From IMG/VR virus record IMGVR_UViG_3300029288_000079, positions 96,001-160,000 of that record: DNA of 64,000 nucleotides; one strand, 5' to 3'. The stretch's first letter is position 1, and every line of letters starts with the position of its first letter. The stretch comes from a virus (lineage: Duplodnaviria; Caudoviricetes). Positions 18,880 through 30,000 of the stretch are shown piece after piece. The position numbers and the translations under genes are program-made. The notes under the pieces are model-generated. The model saw only the letters and a list, made by a program, of their open reading frames with translations, was not told the origin of the DNA and made no database searches.

Positions 18880-20316
18880 CTATTGTAAAGAACAAGCACT
18901 ACTAATATCACCATCTTTAATCAACATATCATACATATCCAAAACATTGTCTCGACCTAACTCTTTATAAAGTCTACGCAGATATTCGTCCCTGCCCTCA
19001 TCTTGTTGACGAGCATATTTCTCCAGTACTATAGCATCCTTAAATGCAGGAGAGGCCACAACAGATAGTTCAAAGAATGATAATTCATGATTAATTTCTA
19101 AATTTCTAGCTATAACATATCTGCTACTTGTACCGTTTAGTACTTCTTGTATATCTCGCTGACTAGACAAAATATGGGGTAGCCATTCCGGACGTAAATG
19201 TTCACTATCAAGAAGATCTCTTATTTGATTTGCAGATACACTTGTAAGCCTACCCTTGTTGCCCTGCTTCATATGAGTACAATAATCTGAACTATAACGA
19301 GCTTTTGTATTACAAACTGAGCAAGTAGAATAGTTTACATTACAATTATGGACAATAATACCTCCCGCAACATAACTATGATCATGCTCTACTTCGAAAT
19401 TATATACATTACCATCATAATCAATTTCTTCTATATTGTCAACATAAAATCTGATAAGACTCATAGTACTATCAAACCCCATTACCTTATTATCTATAGC
19501 AAGGTCCCCAGCCTCTATCCAATATACTTCTTCAATTTTATAGTCATAATCAGTAGCCACTGGATGCTCTAAGGTAATAATTATTGGTTTATCACTACTT
19601 GGAGTTATAATTTTTAAAGCCTTACCTTTATATTGTCGAATCATTGTTTCAGTTACCTTTTGTATTGCTCCTGTATGGGATATGACTGAATCTCCCACCG
19701 ATACAGATTCTATTGGCATAGAAGACTTATCGGCCATAGTTACCAAAGCTCCTGGAGCAAAACATCCCATTGAACATGTTAAATTTTGTCCAGTGTCAAT
19801 CATACGAACAATACGTTCTAGTAACTCCTTGGTCTTCCTATCATGACTAGCAGACTTAACTAATTGGGTATCAATTCTCATTAATACTTCTATGTCCCCA
19901 AGAGTTTGGTCTTTAGCTTCTAATATATTTTTACGAAGTACATCTTGCTTTCTAGATAGCAATGATGCCCATTTCTTTTCTTTAACTTCCTCTGGATAAT
20001 TAAATCTATTCAGAAAAGCATCCGGAAGATCACCAATAGAACCACGAAGACCAAGTTTTGAATTATGTTCCGCGTGACTTTTTTTACCAATAAAACTTTT
20101 ATACCCATACCCAGGACGTTCATCTTCAAAATATTCATAAGGAAACGCATCAGCATTTCCGTTGGCCCCTGACTTTTCGAAATTTCCAATGGCTCTAAAA
20201 CGAAGATATCTGAATTCGTTTGTGTCTAATGGTAAAATTCTTTTCTCGTACTTAGCTGCTTGCCTAGATGTCAAAGGCTGAGGTTTAATAATTTGATTAC
20301 ATACTTTAACTAACAT
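18880..20316 (-). CDS. Prohead maturation protease (HK97/herpes-type serine protease) with intein
   Basis: ANGNADAF, HAEHN (His), SMG (Ser), CSVC..YCTH and FFELSVV..PAF motifs; start MLVKV with AGGTGA RBS; located between portal and scaffold. Confidence 0.85.
   Translation of the reverse strand: MLVKVCNQIIKPQPLTSRQAAKYEKRILPLDTNEFRYLRFRAIGNFEKSGANGNADAFPYEYFEDERPGYGYKSFIGKKSHAEHNSKLGLRGSIGDLPDAFLNRFNYPEEVKEKKWASLLSRKQDVLRKNILEAKDQTLGDIEVLMRIDTQLVKSASHDRKTKELLERIVRMIDTGQNLTCSMGCFAPGALVTMADKSSMPIESVSVGDSVISHTGAIQKVTETMIRQYKGKALKIITPSSDKPIIITLEHPVATDYDYKIEEVYWIEAGDLAIDNKVMGFDSTMSLIRFYVDNIEEIDYDGNVYNFEVEHDHSYVAGGIIVHNCNVNYSTCSVCNTKARYSSDYCTHMKQGNKGRLTSVSANQIRDLLDSEHLRPEWLPHILSSQRDIQEVLNGTSSRYVIARNLEINHELSFFELSVVASPAFKDAIVLEKYARQQDEGRDEYLRRLYKELGRDNVLDMYDMLIKDGDISSACSLQ
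19345..19764 (-). mobile_element. Mini-intein (140 aa, no endonuclease) in the protease
   Basis: SMG|CFAPGALV...TLEHP...VYNFEVEHDHSYVAGGIIVHN|C. Confidence 0.9.
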
Positions 20317-22057
20317 TTTTATCACCTGTAGTTTGTAGAAATTGATCCATTGTATATGGAGTAAAATCATTGGCAAATATTACAGCTACATCATCACTTG
20401 TAAAATTATTACATATTAATCTATCTAAACAATCTACAAGCTTATCAAACTCATCAGAAAATTCTTCAGGCTTATAGTCAGGGTTCCAGAATACAACAGC
20501 GTTAGTTCCCGCCCTACCTACAAAAGCATTTTTATAATCATTCAAATCAATATTAATATCAGGTATATCTCTATGTAAATCACCTTTACGACCAAAGCTT
20601 AATTTTCCATTTTCATAAAAAAATGGAATACCTTGAACACCTGCTAGCATAGATTTAGGTATATTAGAGTGTTTTGATAAAGAAGATTGTTTATTATTAG
20701 CAAGCTCTAAATCACTACCAAATATAATATAAGTATACCCATTATGTACTAAAGGTTCCACCTCATATATCATTTTTCCAGTCTTATTATGAACATCTTC
20801 TGGATATATCTCATGAATTACTTTATATTTCTTATGATATTCCAGTCTTTCATATTTATATTTACCTTCTATATCTAATATAATATCATCCCCTTCTTCA
20901 TCAAAAATAGCAGCAGGATCAGTGTCACGAATTTTAGTAACAATATCACCTATAATAAATTCCTGTTCTAAGTCTGGTATATCCCAGCTTAATGATCCGA
21001 ATTTATCCGAAAGATAATCTTGAATACTGCCATAAAATAACTCCTTATGCACACCATTGGCAGTGATTACAACCTTAGTTGCATCTGTCTTACGCAAAAA
21101 CTCTATTATAAAACCCTTCTGATTTCCTATGACACCTTTATTCCAAACTTCAAAATAAATAACCCCCTCTTGCAAATTACTTCGAACCCATCCCTTATTT
21201 AAAAGATACTCTTGAGGTTTAACATTATATTCACTGTTACCTGCATCCATTATACCTGAAGCCTCTTCTTCATAGTTAGGATAGAATTTTAATATCAAAG
21301 GTATAGCAGACTTGGTGTGATCATCCAAAGCATCAAAATTATCCCCCATAGGAGATATCCAACACCTACTATAGTCTGTTGTATATCCATTATAAAGAGT
21401 TATAGGATTCTCAACCTCAATATCTGGAACATCCCAGCTTAAATTCATATTCTGTTTCGGAAAGGAATAAAGTTCAGCTTTGCCAGAATCACCTGTTTTT
21501 CTTGAGTCAGTGATAATATGTTTAGATTTATCTTTTAAAAGATTGTGTCTATAATTAACCATATGTTCACCAACATCTGTTTGAATATTACCATGTATTT
21601 CTAACCCAGGATAATTTTTCTGCACATAATCTACAAACATTTTTTGCATCTGTTTTCCATATCCCTGATTTCTATACTCCGGCAATATATAAAAAGTAAT
21701 TACTTTTATAATTGGCTCATTTAAATCTTTCGAAGATTTTTCTATAGCAAATCCTAACAACCCAACATCTAGACCATTATCAATTAATACTAAAGCATTA
21801 AGGGCATAAACATAGTGTTTAAAAAAATCAGACCCTTTACTACCCCCCTCGGCATCTTTATTTTCTACAAACTCATGCCCCGGCATTCTCTTTACAGTTT
21901 CTTCAGGAAGTACATAATTATCTTTATTACCATAAGGATGCTCCCATGATAACCAACCTCTAAAAAAAGATTGATCTATAGGTTTTAAATTTTTCAATTC
22001 CCATCGAAATCCTATGCCAGAACCATCAAAGCTTAATATATTTCTAACCTTCTCCAT
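20306..22057 (-). CDS. WDI-motif modular protein with N-terminal GNAT acetyltransferase
   Basis: FYILPEYRNQGYGK acetyl-CoA motif; NLSWDV and SLSWDI; WISP..G...H...GWVR and SH3-like modules. Confidence 0.7.
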   Translation of the reverse strand: MEKVRNILSFDGSGIGFRWELKNLKPIDQSFFRGWLSWEHPYGNKDNYVLPEETVKRMPGHEFVENKDAEGGSKGSDFFKHYVYALNALVLIDNGLDVGLLGFAIEKSSKDLNEPIIKVITFYILPEYRNQGYGKQMQKMFVDYVQKNYPGLEIHGNIQTDVGEHMVNYRHNLLKDKSKHIITDSRKTGDSGKAELYSFPKQNMNLSWDVPDIEVENPITLYNGYTTDYSRCWISPMGDNFDALDDHTKSAIPLILKFYPNYEEEASGIMDAGNSEYNVKPQEYLLNKGWVRSNLQEGVIYFEVWNKGVIGNQKGFIIEFLRKTDATKVVITANGVHKELFYGSIQDYLSDKFGSLSWDIPDLEQEFIIGDIVTKIRDTDPAAIFDEEGDDIILDIEGKYKYERLEYHKKYKVIHEIYPEDVHNKTGKMIYEVEPLVHNGYTYIIFGSDLELANNKQSSLSKHSNIPKSMLAGVQGIPFFYENGKLSFGRKGDLHRDIPDINIDLNDYKNAFVGRAGTNAVVFWNPDYKPEEFSDEFDKLVDCLDRLICNNFTSDDVAVIFANDFTPYTMDQFLQTTGDKNVS

Positions 22058-24032
22058 TTATCTTCCTAAGTAATGCAATATTCTCAATTTTCTTTGCATC
22101 TAACAAACTCTTGTTTTCAAATGAAAGAGTAACATCATCTCGAGTAACATCTCCAATTACTTCTCGATGTAATTGATCCATTTGACTTGCCATTCCTGCT
22201 GGAGGAGTTTGACCTCCTGCAGATTCCGGAGGACCACCCATACCTATTGGAGCTGGTCCTAGACCATCAGCCCCACCTTCCGGACCACCTGGAGCTTCAC
22301 CCTCTGGACCACCTACACTAATATCTCCTATACCCCCAAAATCAATAGGACCACCTCCACCCCCCGCACCACCCTTTTTATTATCCTGCATAAATGGTAA
22401 CAATCCTGATTTAGATATAGTTATTAACCGCTGTTGCTTACGTCTCAAATCCTCAATATAGGCTTTTTCTTGAGTATCACGATCAAGTCTGCCAAGTCTA
22501 GCTAATGTAGCATCATCAACTAAATGTGGCCTTTTATCTACCAACCATTTTATAAAATTCTTTAAATTTTCATCTGTAGAAGCTGATAAAGATCCCCAAT
22601 CTAATTTAGGATATACATATTCACGCACTTGACGTTGTTGCTGTTGCTGAACTTCATCAGCCTTCACCTTTAAGTAACTTTTAAATTCTTTATTATCTTG
22701 AATATCACGCAGAGTAGTAAATTGTTGCCCAATCTTTTGCATAATGTCATTACCACTACCATATTTGGAAGATCTAACTCCACCATACCCTGCAACAGCA
22801 TTTTTTACACGATAGAATCCACAAAGATCAGCCGTTGTTTTAAACACACCTGAGTGAACAAAGTTTTCAATCTTTAATTGATAGTTAAGGTAACGCTGTC
22901 TTTGTACTTCCATATTTATGTACGCTTGACTGTATGACCCACCTTGACCTGCAAGTAATTGTTCATGAACTCCGAGTCCAATAAATTTCAATCGATATAT
23001 GCGATCAAGCTCGGGTCCAACAGGAAGCATTTTACCATTACTACCCACGTGTTCCACATTTATTCCATAATGGTAGAAGATTGAAAAATTGGGATCCAAT
23101 TCAAATGCAGCAAACATATTACGAACTTCCTCAAGCTCTGCATTGTCTGGCATATACCCAGAAGTTGGATCTCCGATTTTAACAAGCATCATTGGAACTG
23201 CATGGCGTGTGGCTAATGCAAAATTAGCTTGATTGAATCTATCCTCCAACATTAAGGTTTTAAGAATACGTTTAATTATACTCTTACCCTGCTGTTCATA
23301 AGGTCGTTTCGCATGAGCTATATGAAATACGTTGTTTGGGTCCAGTGGAATCTCTTGATTAAATAATACATATCTTACAATCTCGGGAGGCAGTTGATCA
23401 TATATGAATCTAGGAGTCTTTGTTTGTACTATTTTCCTCAATGTCTCATCAGGAATTAATTTGATCAATGGACGTTGATTAACCCATGTTGATTCTATCT
23501 TAACATAGTCAGGATTCAATATTGCAAATTGATCCCACATGTAATCCGCATTGTTCCACGCACCAAAGGCATAAACATTTCCTATTTCAAAATATTCTTG
23601 TGAGATATCTGTCAACATTTTAAAACCATTTATTCTCTCCCACATATCTGTAAAATGCTGCTGTATACCTGAATCCTCGCATTGCCCTAACCGTAAATCT
23701 GATAGAGGCATTTCCGCAAGCATCTTAACGGCAGCACCTACAATAGGATCAGTCTCTCCAAAGAAACGATACAGGCCATGCAAAGTTCTACTATCTGGCG
23801 GAATAGCCAATGTAGAACTAGAATAGCGAGGATCGTTGAACATTGGAGCTATACGTGTTATATCAGACGAAGCCTTAGCTCGAATCTGTGCTACCTTATC
23901 CAATGACAGATTACTACGTTGTGGTAATATTGAAGGGGTTTGAACTAATGTTGCCTCTATTCTTGCAGCCTCAATATTACTATTCGAGATATCTGTTATA
24001 ATGTGTTTGCCACCTGGTTGTAGTTTGTACAT
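22044..24032 (-). CDS. Portal protein
   Basis: DPIVGAAV, YFEIGNVY, ILNPDYV, VFHIAH...GKSII and PMMLVKIG portal-type motifs; G/P-rich C-terminal tail; position next to the protease. Confidence 0.85.
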   Translation of the reverse strand: MYKLQPGGKHIITDISNSNIEAARIEATLVQTPSILPQRSNLSLDKVAQIRAKASSDITRIAPMFNDPRYSSSTLAIPPDSRTLHGLYRFFGETDPIVGAAVKMLAEMPLSDLRLGQCEDSGIQQHFTDMWERINGFKMLTDISQEYFEIGNVYAFGAWNNADYMWDQFAILNPDYVKIESTWVNQRPLIKLIPDETLRKIVQTKTPRFIYDQLPPEIVRYVLFNQEIPLDPNNVFHIAHAKRPYEQQGKSIIKRILKTLMLEDRFNQANFALATRHAVPMMLVKIGDPTSGYMPDNAELEEVRNMFAAFELDPNFSIFYHYGINVEHVGSNGKMLPVGPELDRIYRLKFIGLGVHEQLLAGQGGSYSQAYINMEVQRQRYLNYQLKIENFVHSGVFKTTADLCGFYRVKNAVAGYGGVRSSKYGSGNDIMQKIGQQFTTLRDIQDNKEFKSYLKVKADEVQQQQQRQVREYVYPKLDWGSLSASTDENLKNFIKWLVDKRPHLVDDATLARLGRLDRDTQEKAYIEDLRRKQQRLITISKSGLLPFMQDNKKGGAGGGGGPIDFGGIGDISVGGPEGEAPGGPEGGADGLGPAPIGMGGPPESAGGQTPPAGMASQMDQLHREVIGDVTRDDVTLSFENKSLLDAKKIENIALLRKINGEG

Positions 24033-24050
24033 AACTTTACCTTTTTAGTT

Positions 24051-27000
24051 TCAAATTAATTCCATGTCTGTATAAAATATAAACCAACTATCCTTTAAAT
24101 GCGTATATGTATCCAATATTACATACCAATAATAAGGGTTTCCACATTGTTTTAATAATGTTCCTTCCGATCCTTTAGCCAAATTAACTTCAGAAATTCC
24201 TATAAAATTAAATACATCATTTTTTAGTCTAACCCTATCTCCAGCTATAAACTCATTTTCTATTATAGGTATATCCCAAGATTGTTTTTGTTCAGAATAT
24301 TGATCCACTATCTCTATATCTTTACTTAACATATATACAGAACCCTCCTCACTTATAAATACATTATATATAGGTTCCTCCAGATATTTTTTAGTTAAGC
24401 CTGCTGGACAAACTCCTTTAGCATCTCTATTTGCTTCCTCAGAATTTTTAAAAATTAAATATATATAACCTATTTTACCAATAATTGATTTTACAAAGTT
24501 AGGGTCTAAATTACCAATAGATTTAGATAATATTTTTACCTTATCCCCAACTTTGGGATCTATATCTGGTATATCCCAAGATAATCTTGGTAAAGCATTA
24601 TCATGCCTTTCCATACAATGAATAGCTAAATGTTGGAGTTCTTGTGTAGGTATACCCTCAGTCTTTTTAGATTCTTTTTTGGGTACTATAGTATCAAAGA
24701 GGTTATATTGAGAAAGGTCGATATTTTGTTCATAATTATCCTCATTAATATCCGATTCAATATAGATATTTCTTATATTATTGTCAATAGCTATCTCACT
24801 TGCACTTATATCACATGCTTCCGGAGCTATATGATCCGGTGTCTCCATATCAATATCAGGTTCTTCAGCTTCAGATTCTGGTATCAAGTTTAATTGAGTC
24901 TCCGGTTCTACAGGATCTACCCGTCTCTGCCTACGCTGTCTAGGCTGTAATTGCTCATAATTTCCTATTGGAATTCCATCCCACCCAATTTCTATTCTAT
25001 AATTAGCATCAAATTTATAAGGGTGCTCAAAATCATAATTTAGAGTATAAAGCATTTCACCCCTTTTACTAAATACACTCCCAGGAACATTAAATTTGTT
25101 TAGCCAGAAATTAATTCTAGATTTTGTTGTAGGTGTATTATAATTTCCATTATCTACTATAATTCTATCCCCATAAAATACTACAACATCAGTAGACCAG
25201 TATCTTATAGCTATACCATCTCCAAATACCCTATGCATTATGGTTTTATGGCCCACTACTCTTTCTGACTTATTCTTAAACCTTCCATTATTAGTTAATA
25301 TATTTTCAATATCTTGCATCTGCCATGCAGGAGTATTAGAAATATCCCATGCTAAAGTATTAATATTATCATCAACTTTAACTAAGGTCATAGGCATGTT
25401 AGATTCCCAAACTACAGCATAAGCTGTTTTAGGATATTTAATTTTATAGACAGGTCTTATATTACTAAAATATTTAGAATCAGCTAGATTTACAGCCCTA
25501 CTTTCTAAATTATCTTCATTATTATTAAAATCATAAATACCAAAATTTTCATAGTTTGGCCCTATATGTAAATAATTATCCCCAAGATGAGTATCATCTT
25601 TCCATACTTGCCCTGGTGCAGCTACTTCTAAGAACTCTTCTAGTGTATTTACAATATGTCCCTCTTGTAAAAATGGTATATCCCAACTATGCATATATCT
25701 TGTTTTATTTGCATTTTCTACTTGAACAAGTTCCATAGGATATGCTTCATCCATTACATAACATCTATCAGATATAGCTACAGATTTCCAATGTCGATCT
25801 TCATTACTTCCAAACCATTGACTAGATCTGATAGATAAAGCTTTACCAGCTTTAATAGCACTGATCTCACTACTATCTTCTGTAACAATAAAAATATTAG
25901 GATTGCTCTTAATATATAAGAATGATCCTAAAGTCTTACTTCTCCAGACCTGCCCGGCTCTTGCATTTTCTCTAAACTCTTTTTGACTATTTGCAATATC
26001 ACCTAATTCAGGATCTATAGATATATTCCAAGCCAATACATCTGTAGCAATTTTACCCTCTGTATCAAAATCATAATCATTAGACTCAATTAATTCTATA
26101 ATAGCTTCTTTAGATGTTAAATATTCATATTCATGTCTCAGCATAGTTAGATAATCGTCACAAAGAGCTTTTTTAAACTCATCCTCAAGATCTTCTATTG
26201 ACCCATCAATCTCATATTCATTGTCCTCTGTTCTTTCACTCTCCAATAATCTTAAACTTTCTTTAAATCTCAGTGCAGTTTTATATGTATCACAAGTATT
26301 ACCATGATCACGCATTATATCTGCAATGCATTCCGACATACTTTGAGTAAGTTCTCCTGAACAATAACTACCCCTATCAATATCGAATCCTGTTATTTTT
26401 AGTCCAATATTTGCAGCATCGTCATATGTACACTCCCACCAATCATAATCTACATTTTTATCATAAAGGTTTTCAATAGCTTTTTCCTGTATATCTTCAG
26501 GTAATTCATTATATTTATATGTAGTATCTTTATCATCGGGATCAAATATAGGAGATATATCCCATGAAAGATTTAAATTATTTCTAAATCTTAAACTACT
26601 AGTAGTTTCTTGTGTATATTCCCATATATCATTTTCTGCTTTAGCTAGTAAACTATCAAAATCAATATTTTTATTAACCTGTTCAGCAGCTCTTTTAGCA
26701 TATTTTATAGCATAAGCAGCATCAATAGCAGCATCAATAGCAGCATCAATAGCAGCATCAATAGCATAAGCAGCAGCATTAGCAACATAATAAGCAGCAG
26801 CATTAGCAACATAAGCAGCAGCATCAATAGCAGCATCATAAGCAGCATCAGCAGCAGCAGTAGCAGCATAACCAGCAGAATAAGCTTTATTTCTATTTTC
26901 TTTACTAGGATTCTTAAGACAAGCTTTTGCTGCCTCTATTGCTGCTCTAGGTCTGCTATCATTAGGATATTTAGATTCAAATATAGGTAGTACAGCTTCT

Positions 27001-30000
27001 GCACAGTAAATAGCATAAAGTAAATTTACTTTTTTAGGATCTACTTCTATAGGTTTAATATCCCAGGAGAGGTTTTCATTTATTAATTTAATATCATTTA
27101 TATTAACAGCCCACCCTAGACGAGAAGTACCTGGATGACTTATTGATAAAAGAGAGAAATTATCCCAATCAACACTAACATACCCATCACCTCTTAATTC
27201 TGTTATAGTACCTTTACTACCCTTCCGTATAGGTTCCACATTATTAACATAATAGGCTTCATCATCACGTATGAATTCTATTCTATCCCCTATTTCGAAT
27301 TCTCCAGGAATTCTAGGTAAGTCCCAGCTTAAACTAGATCCATAAGGCATCAAAGGACGCATATCGTTTACTTTATCAAGAGTTCTATGCAAGCCACGTT
27401 CAAACCACATATCAGAATCATCTTTATCAAGCTTTCTAGCTGCAGGATCCTGCTGTTGTTTCTGATCCGTCGGTCCTCTACGAACCACCTCTTCAGGTTG
27501 TGGATCTAACACACTATCATATTCATCTGAAGCTTTAACCTCAAATGGAAATACACCTACAAATCTTATAGGTTTTAAAGTAGTAATATTAGTAAAACTT
27601 AATTTTCCACCATCAATAATCACCTTAGCTAATTCAGGCTTTGCTAAAAGTTCATTAAAAAATGCTTCAGCATCTTCTTCACTAAATCCAACATACCGAT
27701 ATGCATAATTAATTTTTACAGCTACAACTACTCCATAAGTATTGTAGAGATTAGCGTATGTCATCCACCCTAAGAAACTCTCAGGATTTGATATATCAGG
27801 TTTTGCGGGAGATATATCCCATGACATTTTCTCTGGATCTTTAAATTTATTCAAAAGATTAATTATCACTCTATCATGATCATCTAAATAATCTTTTTTA
27901 GTTATGTAAGATGCCTCCCTATCTGAAAGTGCCAAATTAGAAATTCTAGCTACATCAGCATTTGATGGACTATCATCTATATCTTGATGAATTAGCGTAG
28001 ATGGAAAATACTTTATATCATTTTCTCCGGGCAACCAATCCTTTGGAGTAGTTATATCTAAGTGATCTTCTTGTCTAAAGAATAAAGCCTGCTGATCAAA
28101 CTGATCTTTAGACATATCTATATCTGATTTATCTGTATAAGATTCCGGAGTTGAAACTTTTATAGATGCTTCTCTTATATCTCCATCCTGCAAAGAATCT
28201 TCATTCTTTCTACGATCTAACTCTTGTTCAATCCATTCCCTTAACTTCAGATCAAATACACTAAAACATTGCTCCGCATCCTCTATAATGCTATTCAATG
28301 ACTTTAGTTCTTTTTCAAGGTTCTCTGTAGGTCCTTTTAGTAATTTTACAACCCAATTCTCCTCAGGCTTGGGATCTGAAATATCCCATGCCAACTTACT
28401 AATCTTTTCCTTTACCTTACCTGAATTTAATGATACTTTATACATCTCATCATCCGAGAACTTACAACATATTTCTTTTGCTGACCAACTAAAAGGTTTG
28501 AGATCCTTAAGATTAGCTTTACCATTACCCTCGTATTTTAATGTAACATGGGGTAAGTATCCAAACTTGCGATCAAATTCATCAATTACTGATTCAACGG
28601 CTTCTAAACATTTCTGATAAACCTCGGCACCATCAATGCAATTAACCAATGCAGCAACTGTGTTATCTCCATTATCAAATGTACCTAAACCTGTAAATTT
28701 ACATTTTATCTTCTTATATTGTTTCGCTACTGATTGGATAGCCTTAACAATCTTTTTCTTTTCATTAGGCGTGAGTTTCTTATCCTTCACGCATATCAAT
28801 GTCATATGTAAGTCTTGATCAAGATTACTTATATGATTGAATCTTTTTCTAACAGACTTAGGAAGATCTAAATAAATGAATATCTCATCCTTGAATTCAT
28901 TTTTCTTAGATGCTGTGTTATCTATAGAAGGTATAAATTCTAAATCCTGAGCAATATAAAAAGACCAAGCAACATTATTACGTACTCCAGTTTTGTATTC
29001 TACTGTGTAGTAATGTTGTCCCAAATATTTCTCACCTTGATTCTCATAAAAAGTAGAACTGTTAATAGTATCTTCTGATATCCCCACAATTCTACCAGTA
29101 AGACCTATACCCATAGTAGCAAATTTGGGTCTTGCATACACACTTTTTGATAGTATCTTTACTTTGTCCCCAACTTTAAACTCTGGAGTGTATGATATAT
29201 CCCAAGATAAAGTTTCAAGTATTCCTATATATCGAATAGGTTTAAGCCATGTTAAATAACATTCAAATGTTTCAATATTTTTAGATAGTCTAGCCTCAGT
29301 TCTATTTACTCCTATAGTAGCAGCTACCTCATACCAATTACTAAAACCCATGCCCTGTCCTATTAATTTGATGCCCTGAATTACACAATACTGATTATCA
29401 AAATCTCTTTTACATAACCATCCTATAAAATCTTCGGGAGAACTATTATATGTAGGTACCTCAGGATCCATAGATATATTCCAAGATAAATGTGAGCCTA
29501 TTTTTTCTATGTATCTCTGCCAATAACTCAAGGGTATATCAAAATGAATTTCATTACCATCTTTATTATAGCCTTCAATAATGACCTTACCCCTCCCCCA
29601 GTTAGGTATGTCTTTAGGAAGTTCCCAAACATCACAACCTTCATCAACATAATTATATTTAAAATTAATTTCTACAACCTCAAATTCATTTTTATCAAAA
29701 TCATCAAAGTATTCATTATCAATATCAATTTCAGACGATGATTGAGGTATAAGACTTACCTTATCCCCAACTTTTAATTCTATATCAGGTATATCCCAAG
29801 CCAAAGCTGATCTATAATCTTCCAACATACTATGTAGATGTAATGGAAAATCATATTTTTCATCAACGATAGTAGTTCCAAAATCTTGCTCTATATCCAC
29901 ATCAGATTTATTTTCAGGTTTCATCCATACCGCATTCTTCAAAATAAGCTTATTATCATTTTTTCTCTCATACTCAATAGGATGATTTGGAGATAATACC

